DNA of 64,000 bases from an uncultured delta proteobacterium (GTDB lineage Bacteria; Myxococcota; Myxococcia; Myxococcales; Myxococcaceae), in assembly GCA_963771175.1 (NCBI GenBank), contig CAVYSY010000033.1, forward strand, positions 480,001-544,000, in the 5' to 3' direction. The first letter of the stretch is position 1. Every line of letters begins with the position of its first letter. Shown here piece by piece: positions 9,393-18,702 of this stretch. The notes under the pieces are model-generated. The model was not told the origin of the DNA, did not search any database, and saw only the letters and a list, made by a program, of their open reading frames with translations. The position numbers and the translations under genes are program-made.

Positions 9393-10475
9393 TCAGACGC
9401 GCAGGTCGCCTTCGAGCGCCACCCGACCGGACAGCAGCTTGGAGATGTGCAGGAGCCGCTCCGTGCCCAGGCGCATGAGCGCCGCGCGCACCCGCGGCTG
9501 GCTGGCGAGGTACTGGTCGAAGGCGTCGCGCCCCAGTCGCAGCAGGTGGCACGGCGTCTCCGCGCGCACCGTGGCGCTCGCCGGCTGTCCGAGCAGCAGG
9601 GAAATCTCCCCGAAGACATCTCCCTCGCGCAGCGAGGAGAAGGCGGTCTGCCGTCCATCGGGGTGGCGCAACACCGGGGTGCACTGGCCCTGCAGCAGCA
9701 GGTAGAGGCCATCGCCCTTCTGGCCCTGCTCGATGATGACGTGCCTGGCGTCCACCATCCGCAGCTCGAAGCTACGGGCCAGCGCCTGCCGCTGCTCGGG
9801 AGCCAGCGTGGTGAAGACCGGGTTGCTGCGCATCACGTTGGCCAGCAGCCGCTCCCGGTAGAAGGTCCGCACCGTCTCGCCGACCGCGGGGTACTTCAGG
9901 GCGATGCGCTCCAACCGCGTCCGGATGAGCTCGAGCGCCACGGTGCGCCGGGTGGCCACCACGGTCGCCATCCGCGGGCTCTCGGAGACGAGGGCAATCT
10001 CCCCGATGAACTCGCCCTCCCCCAGCGAGGCCAGCGTGCGCCGCTCCCCGCCCTCGAGCTGGCGCACCACGTCCACCTGCCCCTCCGCGAGGGCGAACAT
10101 GGAGCGGCCCGGCTCGCCCTCGGTGATGAGGTTCTGCCCGGCCTTGAAGGTCCGCAGCTCCAGGGCACCCAGCAGGGCCATGAAGGGCTCGCGGCCGAGC
10201 TGCGAGAAGAGGGGCACCCGGGGCAGCGCCCCGGCACTGGCGATGGGAGCGCCCTTGCCCGGAGCGTCGGGCCGCGCGTAGAGGTCCGCCAGGAGCTGGG
10301 GGGTGCGCACATGGGCCGGCTCGAGCTGGAGGAGCACCCGGCACAGCGCGATGGCACGCAGCGGCTGTCCCTGCCGGGCCCAATCGGAGGCCACGGTCTC
10401 ACCAGCGGCGAGGGCCTCGGGAGTGCGGCCGAGCGAGAGGAGCCGCTCGACCTCCAGCTGGAGTGGGTCGGACAT
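9393..10475 (-). CDS. Protein with two cyclic-nucleotide-binding domains and an N-terminal TPR-like segment
   Basis: GEFIGEIALVSESPRMATV and GDVFGEISLLLGQPASATV phosphate-binding cassettes. Confidence 0.88.
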   Translation of the reverse strand: MSDPLQLEVERLLSLGRTPEALAAGETVASDWARQGQPLRAIALCRVLLQLEPAHVRTPQLLADLYARPDAPGKGAPIASAGALPRVPLFSQLGREPFMALLGALELRTFKAGQNLITEGEPGRSMFALAEGQVDVVRQLEGGERRTLASLGEGEFIGEIALVSESPRMATVVATRRTVALELIRTRLERIALKYPAVGETVRTFYRERLLANVMRSNPVFTTLAPEQRQALARSFELRMVDARHVIIEQGQKGDGLYLLLQGQCTPVLRHPDGRQTAFSSLREGDVFGEISLLLGQPASATVRAETPCHLLRLGRDAFDQYLASQPRVRAALMRLGTERLLHISKLLSGRVALEGDLRV

Positions 10476-10689
10476 GTCCCCCCTGTATGCCACAGCCCCC
10501 CCGGTCCGCGCAGCCGCGAGGTGAGCTCGCCTGCCTGGGATGTACGCGGATGCAGGGTCGCCGTCACACACCGAACACCTGCGGCGAGCATGGGGGGAGG
10601 CCCTCGCCCCACCTGGGCCCGGCGCTTCCCGGGCTTATACCCGAGGCCCACCTTCTCGGGGCGAAGCCTGCCGGCAGGAGAGCCAGGTC

Positions 10690-12694
10690 ATGAAACATCC
10701 CGCGTCACCGAGAGTCGTCACCTTCGTAGGACCCCAGGGCGTGGGCAAGACGACCCTGTTCGAGTCCCTGCTGCGTTCCACGGGAGCGGAAGGACTCCGC
10801 GCCACGAGCGGCCCCGGCGCCACCGTGGAACGGAGCATGACGCTCGAGCTGTCCGTGGCCCACACCGAGTTCCTGGGCGAACAGTGGACCTTCATCGACA
10901 CGCCGGGGGCACCGGAGTTCTCCCAGGAGGCGCGCCACGCGCTGATGGTGAGCGACGCGGCCGTGGTGGTGTGTGACGCCTCGCCCGAGCGCGCGGCCGC
11001 CCTCGCTCCCCTCTTCGCCTTCCTGGATGCGCGCCACATCCCCCACCTGCTCTTCCTCAACGTGCTCGAGAACGAAGGCACGTCGGTGCGCGAGGTGCTG
11101 GACGACGCTCCAGGCCGTCTCCTCGCGGCCCCTGGTGCTGCGAGAGATTCCCCTGCGCGAGGGCGGGCAGCTCGTGGGCGTGGTGGACCTGGTGAGCGAG
11201 CGCGCCTGGGGCGAGGGGAAGGATGGGAAGCCCGCGCTCATGTCGCTGCCGGATGCGGACCGCCCGCGCGAGGAGAGCTCGCGGCGCCAGCTCCTCGAGC
11301 GGCTGGCGGACCTGGATGACAAGCTGCTCGAGCAGCTCCTCGAGGACGTGGTGCCTCCGCCGGACGCGCTCTACGGGCAGTTCGAGAAGGCCCTGCGCGA
11401 GGACCGGCTGGTGCCCGTCTTCCTCGGCTCGGCGGAACGGGGACTCGGCCTGGAGCGGCTGCTCAAGGGCCTGAGACACGAGGTGCCCACGGCGGAGGAG
11501 ACGCGCGAGCGCCTGGGACTCCACGGGGACGGAGCTCCCCTGGTGCAGTCCTTCAAGACGCAGCACCTGCCCCACGTGGGCAAGCTGTCCATGGTGCGCG
11601 TCTGGCGCGGGCAGGTGGAGGACGGCGGCACGATGGCCGGCTCGCGGGTGAGCGGCGTGCAGCGGGTGCATGGGAGCAAGCAGACGTCCGTCGGCGCGGG
11701 CCGCGCGGGTGAGGTGGTGTCCATCGGGCGGGTGGATGCGATGCGCACGGGCGACTTCGCCGACCCCGAGGGCGTGCGCCACCCCGAGGACTGGCCCCTG
11801 GCGCCCCCTCCGGTGCACCAGCTCGCCATCGTCGCCGAGAAGCGCACGGACGACGTGAAGCTGACGGGCGCGCTGGCCCGGCTGGTGGAGGAGGACCCCT
11901 CCCTCTCGGTGGACCAGGAGGCGGACTCGCAGATGCTGCTGCTGGGCGGCCAGGGCGAGATGCACCTGCGCGAGGCCGTCGAGCACCTGCGCACGCGCTT
12001 GCGTGTCCCGGTGGCGACGCGCCCACTGCCCATCCCCTACCGGGAGACAATCCGCAAGCAGAGCTCGCACCACGCGCGCTTCAAGCGGCAGTCCGGCGGG
12101 CACGGGCAGTTCGGTGACGTGGTGGTGGACGTGCAGCCGCTGCCGCGCGGCGAGGGCTTCCGCTTCACCTCGGCCGTGGTGGGCGGGGTCGTCCCCCGGC
12201 AGTACATCCCCGCGGTGGAGGAAGGCGTGAAGGATGGCCTGAAGCGCGGGCCGCTCGGCTTCCCCGTGGTGGACGTGGCCGTCACCCTCACCGGCGGCAC
12301 CTACCACTCGGTGGACAGCTCGGATCAGGCCTTCCGCACCACGGGGCGCCTGGCCATGGTGGAGATACTTCCCAAGCTGGAGCCGGTGCTGCTCGAGCCC
12401 ATCCTCCACGTGGACATCCACGTGCCGCGCGAGGCCACCTCGCGGGCGCAGCGGCTCGTCACCAGCCGCCGCGGACAGCTCCTCGGCTTCGAGGCCAACG
12501 CCGACATGCCCGGCTGGGACACCCTCACCGCCTACGTGCCCCAGGCGGAGATGCAGGGATTCATCGTGGAGTTGCGCTCGGCCACCTCCGGCCTGGGCAG
12601 CTTCGTGGCGCGGCATGACCACTACTCGGAGCTGGTGGGCAAGCAGGCCGATCGCGTGGTGAGCCACTACCAGGAAGAGGCCGGGCAGCGGTGA
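10690..12694 (+). CDS. Elongation factor G-like paralogue, about 667 aa (one apparent +1 frameshift near 11104)
   Basis: G1 GPQGVGKTT, DTPG, EEDPSL, GQGEMHL, YRETI, KRQSGGHGQFG, YHSVDSS, LLEPI; split across ORFs 10540 and 10973. Confidence 0.9.
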
Positions 12695-12712
12695 GCGGGG
12701 GGCCTCGCCCCG

Positions 12713-13579
12713 TCACGGCGGGGGCGGCGCGAGCGCGCGCAGCCCCTCGGCGATGGCGAGGGCGATGTTTCCCATCAGGTCCTGCCGCGCGTTGACGACA
12801 TAGAGGTGCGGGGTGAGCGCCCACACCTCGCGCACCACGCGCCGGGGAGTGGGAGGCGGCTGGGTGCTCAGCTCGGCCTGGAGCAGCGGCAGCACCTTGT
12901 CGGACAGGCGCAGCGCGGTATCCATGACGAAGAGGGCCAGGTGGGGACGCAGTGCGCGCACGCGCCGGAAGAAGGCGCCCACCTCGTCCGAGGCCAGGTG
13001 CTTGGGCGGCGAGGACTTCATCTCCAGGTAGAGCAGCCGTCCCTCGGCCGCGGCCACCACGTCCAGGTCTCCGCCCACCTCGGGCGCGTGGAACTTCACC
13101 CCCACGGCCACGTCGAAACCGAGCCGCCCGCGCAGCTCGCGCGCCACGTACCACTCCAGCGTGCCGCCGAAGTTGTGCGCCCGATAGCGCAGGCGGTAGC
13201 GCCCGCCGGCCTCTCGCTCCGCGAGCCCGAGCGCCACCAGTTCCTCGGCGACCTGGGCGGCCTGCTCGGTCTTGAGGTAGCGCGTGGCCTCGGTGGGAGA
13301 GAAGCTGCCGCCCCGGAGGATGGCGCCCCGGAGGAAGAGGCGGAAGGAGTAGTGGCCGAGTCGCTCCGCGAGCCGCTCGGCGGCCTCGCCCTCGAGGTCC
13401 ACGGGAAAGGGCAGGTCCAACGGGGCCACGGTGGGCTGGAAGCCCCGGCGCACCAGCATGGCCAGGGCCTCGCCGCCGGGCGGCAGCAACAGCCTGGGCG
13501 AAGGGAGTGCCCCCACGGCCCGCAGCTCCAGGTCACGAGCCGAGGAACGGTCACCAGGAGGGGGCGGCGGCTGCGTCAT
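12713..13579 (-). CDS. Hypothetical protein with a PD-(D/E)xK nuclease-like C-terminal domain
   Basis: GGTLEWYVARE...DLDVVAAAEGRLLYLEMKS; preceded by a winged-helix-like segment (EELVALGLAEREAGGRYRL). Confidence 0.6.
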   Translation of the reverse strand: MTQPPPPPGDRSSARDLELRAVGALPSPRLLLPPGGEALAMLVRRGFQPTVAPLDLPFPVDLEGEAAERLAERLGHYSFRLFLRGAILRGGSFSPTEATRYLKTEQAAQVAEELVALGLAEREAGGRYRLRYRAHNFGGTLEWYVARELRGRLGFDVAVGVKFHAPEVGGDLDVVAAAEGRLLYLEMKSSPPKHLASDEVGAFFRRVRALRPHLALFVMDTALRLSDKVLPLLQAELSTQPPPTPRRVVREVWALTPHLYVVNARQDLMGNIALAIAEGLRALAPPPP

Positions 13580-13622
13580 GCCCACATCCTGGCCGACGCG
13601 GGCGGCCCCGCTCAATGCCGCG

Positions 13623-14264
<642 letters not shown>

Positions 14265-14454
14265 GCGAGCGCCAAATTACCATCAAATGAGAACCGTGTG
14301 CCTGTCCCCGGCGAGCCGCGGTGCGTCAACTCGGGCCCGCCTGGCACCTCCGCGACCAGGCTGCGCGTTCCAGCGCCAGGCGAACCAGCCGGGCACCACG
14401 TACGGGTAGAAGTGAGGTGTAGATCGTTTTCCAAGGGCGTTCGTTGAAGCCCCC

Positions 14455-15633
14455 ATGCTCAAGTCCTCGATCCTCTGCCTCGGCCTGTTGACGCTGCCCG
14501 GACTCGCCTCCGCGGAGAGCCAGCGCACCACCAAACCCGCCACCCAGACCCAGCCCCCCGTGTCCCCCGGGACGCTCGAGGCGGCCATCTCCGCCCCCCG
14601 GGTGCAGATCGCCATCCTGCTGGACACCAGCAGCAGCATGGACGGGCTCATCGAGCAGACCAAGCGCCAGCTCTGGACGGTGGTGAATGCCTTCCAGAAC
14701 GCCCGGCGCGATGGCCAGTCCGCCCAGTTGGAGATCGCCCTCTACGAGTACGGCAACGACACGCTCTCGCGCGAGGGCGGCTTCATCCGCCAGGTGGTGC
14801 CGCTCACCACGGACCTGGACCGGGTGTCCGAGCAGCTCTTCGCCCTGAAGACCAACGGCGGCAACGAGTACTGCGGCCAGGTCATCCAGAAGGCGACCCA
14901 GCAGCTCGAGTGGAGCAAGTCGAAGAAGGACCTGAAGCTCATCTACATCGCGGGCAACGAGCCCTTCTCGCAGGGGCCGGTGTCGCACCAGACGGCCATC
15001 GCGGCGGCGAAGGAGCACGGCATCGTGGTGAACACCATCCACTGTGGCCCGGCGGAAATCGGGGCGCGCAGTGGCTGGGCCGAGGGGGCAAAGTTGGCGG
15101 GCGGACAGCCCTTCAACATCGACCAGAACCGGGCGGTGGCGATGATCGCCGCGCCCCAGGACGAGGAGATCTCGAAGCTGGGCGTGGAGCTGAACAAGAC
15201 CTACCTGGGCTACGGGAGGGGCGGCGCGGAGGCGAAGAAGCGGCAGGCGGCTCAGGACGACAACGCCAGCTCGAACGCGGTCAGCGCCACCACGCGCGCG
15301 GTGTCCAAGGCCTCGCGTCTCTATGACAACTCGAGCTGGGACCTGGTGGACGGGACGAAGAAGGGCGCGGTGAAGCTGGAGGCCCTCAAGGACGAGGAAC
15401 TCCCCGAGGAGCTGCGCGGCAAGAGCGCCGACGAGCGCAAGGCCGTCGTGGAGGCCAAGGAGAAGGAGCGCTCGGCGCTCCAGGCCCGCATCCAGCAGCT
15501 CAACCAGGAGCGGCAGAAGTACCTCGCGGAGAAGCAGAAGGAGCAGGCCTCCGAGGGCAACGACACGCTCGACAAGGCCATCCTCCAGTCGGTGCAGACC
15601 CAGGCCAAGGCCCAGAGCTTCACCCTGGAGTAG
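14455..15633 (+). CDS. Secreted von Willebrand factor A domain protein
   Basis: Signal peptide; MIDAS motif LLDTSSSM; IAGNE; C-terminal coiled coil. Confidence 0.88.
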   Translation: MLKSSILCLGLLTLPGLASAESQRTTKPATQTQPPVSPGTLEAAISAPRVQIAILLDTSSSMDGLIEQTKRQLWTVVNAFQNARRDGQSAQLEIALYEYGNDTLSREGGFIRQVVPLTTDLDRVSEQLFALKTNGGNEYCGQVIQKATQQLEWSKSKKDLKLIYIAGNEPFSQGPVSHQTAIAAAKEHGIVVNTIHCGPAEIGARSGWAEGAKLAGGQPFNIDQNRAVAMIAAPQDEEISKLGVELNKTYLGYGRGGAEAKKRQAAQDDNASSNAVSATTRAVSKASRLYDNSSWDLVDGTKKGAVKLEALKDEELPEELRGKSADERKAVVEAKEKERSALQARIQQLNQERQKYLAEKQKEQASEGNDTLDKAILQSVQTQAKAQSFTLE

Positions 15634-15754
15634 GGGCGGGCATGGGGGCTGGCTCGGCCGCCCCCCTCTCAGGCGAAATGACGCATGGCGTCGGATGCGG
15701 GGGGTGTGCCAAGCTGCGCGCCCCCCCGCTTCGCACAACCCACGAGGAAGCGTC

Positions 15755-16750
15755 TTGAGTCAGACACGCCTGGAGTTTGCCCGCAGCACGGAGAAGGAAC
15801 CCCATCTCGAGCGAGCCCGCGCCATCCTGCGTGCCCACCCCGAGATCAAGGAACTGTGCGGTCCGACGCCCATCACCGCCGTCTTCGTGGTGCTGCTGGT
15901 GGCGTCGCAGGTGGCCATCGCCTGGGCCCTGCGGGATTCACCCTGGTGGGCGCTGCTGGCCACCGCGTGGCTGGTGGGAGCCTTCATCGACCACGGCCTG
16001 TGGGTGCTGATCCACGAGTGCACCCACAACCTGGTCTTCCGCAGCCCGCGCCTCAACGCCGCCCTGCAGCTCTTCACCAACCTGCCCATCCTGTTCCCCG
16101 CGGCCGCCTCGTTCCGCAAGTACCACCTCATCCACCACCGCTTCCAAGGCGACCCCGAGCTGGATGCGGATCTGGCCACCCCCTTCGAGGCTCGGCTGAT
16201 CGGCAACTCGTTCTGGGGCAAGGCGTTCTGGCAGCTCAACTTCTGGGCCTTCCAGGCGATGCGGGTGCCTCGGCTCAGGCGGGTGCCGTTCTTCGATCGC
16301 TGGTACCTGGCCAACATGAGCATCCAGCTCGCATTCATCGCGGGCAGCTATGCCCTGCTCGGGCCTCGCGCGCTGGGCTACATGTTCCTGGCGTCCATCT
16401 TCGCCATCGGCCTGCATCCGCTGGGCGCGCGGTGGATTCAAGAGCACTTCCTCGTCAAGCCGCCCCAGGAGACGTACTCGTACTACGGGCCCCTCAACTG
16501 GGTGGCCTTCAACGTCGGCTACCACAACGAGCACCACGACGTGATGCGCGTGCCCTGGACGCGCCTGCCCAAGGTGCGCCAGCTCGCCCCCGAGTTCTAC
16601 GACTCGCTGCACGCCCACCACTCGTGGACGGCGCTGTGGCTGAAGTTCCTCTTCGATCCGTCCCTGTCGCTCTACAGCCGCATGACGCGCACGGGCGGCT
16701 CGGGGGATGAAACGGTGCAGGCCGAGGAGAGCGAGCAGAAGGCCGCCTGA
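15755..16750 (+). CDS. Membrane desaturase, sphingolipid delta-4 desaturase (DES1)-like
   Basis: N-terminal EPHLERARAILRAHPEIKELCGP; His boxes HECTH, HLIHH and HNEHH; ETYSYYGPLNWVAFNVGYHNEHHD; TTG start after GAGGA. Confidence 0.88.
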   Translation: MSQTRLEFARSTEKEPHLERARAILRAHPEIKELCGPTPITAVFVVLLVASQVAIAWALRDSPWWALLATAWLVGAFIDHGLWVLIHECTHNLVFRSPRLNAALQLFTNLPILFPAAASFRKYHLIHHRFQGDPELDADLATPFEARLIGNSFWGKAFWQLNFWAFQAMRVPRLRRVPFFDRWYLANMSIQLAFIAGSYALLGPRALGYMFLASIFAIGLHPLGARWIQEHFLVKPPQETYSYYGPLNWVAFNVGYHNEHHDVMRVPWTRLPKVRQLAPEFYDSLHAHHSWTALWLKFLFDPSLSLYSRMTRTGGSGDETVQAEESEQKAA

Positions 16751-16751
16751 C

Positions 16752-17690
16752 ATGAACGAGCGTCGGGAACTGCGCGACAAGCTGGAGCAGGTCCAGTCGG
16801 AGCTCCGCCGGGTGCGGGAGCACATGGACAAGCTGCGGGCGCACCACGCGAAGGAGCGCGAGGGCCTCGAGCGGCAGTTGGAGCAGGCCCGGCGCGAGCT
16901 GGCCGAGCTGCGCGCCAGCGTCGCGAAGTCCGAGGCACTCGCGGCCATACCGACGTGGGAGCCCTCCATCGTCGGCACCGTGCTCGTGGCCCTCGCCCGG
17001 GTCCCAGCGCCCCGGGACGAGCAGGTGTTGATGGAGCTCGCGAGGGTGACTCGGATGTCACCCACGGACCTCCGTCTGCGGCTGGCGGCGCCGCCTCCAA
17101 TCCCCCTCCAGCGGCTGCCCCCCATCGACGCGGAGACGCTCGTCCGGGAGCTGCGGCGGGCGGGCTTCGCGGCGGTGAGCTACGAGCCCCCACCCCGCGC
17201 GACCGCCCATCCCCTACCGATCCGCGCCTTCCGTTTCGAGGAGACGGCGCTGCACCTGGAGAGCGAGCGCGGCGAGCACCTGACGGTGCCCTGGCGAGAG
17301 CTTCGCCTGCTGGTGCGCGGCCGGAGGAACACCACCACGGTGGAGACCCAGAAGGCGTCGTTCGTCGCCGAAAACGGGGAGCTTGTCCAGACGCCCCTCG
17401 CCGATGTGAAGGATGAGGACACCCACCACTTCCTGTGGGCGTACGGCGAAGGTCTCCGGGTCGCCTTCACGATCTCCACCGACTTCAGTGGCCTCGGAGC
17501 GCGACGGGCGCTGGCCAGGCTCACCAGTTTCCAGCCGCTGGCGGAGGAGCTGCGCCGGCGAGCGCCCCAGGTGGTCTATGACGACAGGCTCATGCGATTT
17601 CCGCGCATCTCGCTCCCCCTCGTGGACATGGAGCGGAGCCACGTGACGTTCGCCGATCTGCTGTGGCAGGCGGTGCGAGCGGGCCTGTAG
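16752..17690 (+). CDS. Hypothetical protein with an N-terminal coiled coil
   Basis: ATG 1 nt after the desaturase stop; MNERRELRDKLEQVQSELRR heptads. Confidence 0.65.
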   Translation: MNERRELRDKLEQVQSELRRVREHMDKLRAHHAKEREGLERQLEQARRELAELRASVAKSEALAAIPTWEPSIVGTVLVALARVPAPRDEQVLMELARVTRMSPTDLRLRLAAPPPIPLQRLPPIDAETLVRELRRAGFAAVSYEPPPRATAHPLPIRAFRFEETALHLESERGEHLTVPWRELRLLVRGRRNTTTVETQKASFVAENGELVQTPLADVKDEDTHHFLWAYGEGLRVAFTISTDFSGLGARRALARLTSFQPLAEELRRRAPQVVYDDRLMRFPRISLPLVDMERSHVTFADLLWQAVRAGL

Positions 17691-17708
17691 GAACCGCGGC
17701 TCCCTCGC

Positions 17709-18380
17709 TCAACCGCCCGCGGCGAGGGGGGACTCGGCGTAGCGGGTGAGGAGATCCTCGGGTGTGCCGAAGACGGCGATCGCCCCCGCGTCCATCAACT
17801 GCTCTTCCGAGAAACCGCCACACACGAGCCCGACGCACCGCATCCCCAGGCGCACGGCCCCTTCGACATCATAGGGGCTGCCCGCGACCGCCAGCGTCCC
17901 ATCGGTCCTATCGAGCCCCAGCAGCCGGATGGCCTCCGCGGGAATCTCCTCGTTCAACCGGGTGCGGTTCACCTCGGCATCCGTAGTGCTCGCGTCGATG
18001 AGCTCCTCCACTCCGAGCAGCTCGATGTAGTGCTCCAGCTCATCGGGGTCCGCGGTGGAAGCCAGGGCGATCCGCCAGCCATCGTCCCGCAGACGCCGGA
18101 GCAGCTCGGACCCTCCGGGGAAGGCCCTCACCCGGGGAAGGTACCGCTCGTGGAAGAGCGCGCGGTGGAAGCTCGCCAGCTCATCGGCATGGCGGTCGTG
18201 GTCCTCCTCCGGGAGGAATACGGAGACGAGCTGGTCACCATTGAGCGCCATCTGCGCGAGCACCCTCGGGAGGCGCACCTGGCGCCCATACCGCGCCAGT
18301 GCCTCTTGCCAGGCACGCGCACGCAGCACGTTGGCGTCCACCAGTGTCCCATCCACTTCGAAGATGATTGCCTTCGGCAC
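17709..18380 (-). CDS. HAD-superfamily hydrolase-like protein with degenerate catalytic motifs
   Basis: IIFEVDGTLVD (motif I), ALAST (motif II), VAGSPYDV (motif IV). Confidence 0.8.
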   Translation of the reverse strand: MPKAIIFEVDGTLVDANVLRARAWQEALARYGRQVRLPRVLAQMALNGDQLVSVFLPEEDHDRHADELASFHRALFHERYLPRVRAFPGGSELLRRLRDDGWRIALASTADPDELEHYIELLGVEELIDASTTDAEVNRTRLNEEIPAEAIRLLGLDRTDGTLAVAGSPYDVEGAVRLGMRCVGLVCGGFSEEQLMDAGAIAVFGTPEDLLTRYAESPLAAGG

Positions 18381-18702
18381 GCACGCTCTCCGGTTTGCAA
18401 AGTGCGCACGCCCAACATCGGTCGCCAGACATTAAAGTCCTGCCCCCTAGGTGCTGGAGGGGTCCATGGCCCCTCCCACCTACCGGATGAGGCTCGCGCC
18501 CGGCCCGCCCACTCCTGGGCAGGCGAGTAGCAGAGGGCTACCCGCCAGGGCCACACGCCCGTGGCCTCCGGGCCGCACCTCCGCGTCCGCCCGGACGCAC
18601 TCTAGGTGAAGCCGCTGCACCCCTGGGGTGGCCTGGGGATTGCTGCTATGAGGGGGCCTCTGCCGCGCCCTCCCTCGCGCGGCGCCTCTACCCGAGGCCC
18701 TC

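Noticed and set aside
15694..15712. Sigma-54-like GG-N10-GC motif on the minus strand
   Set aside because: It points antisense into the vWA gene and is a likely chance match in GC-rich DNA.
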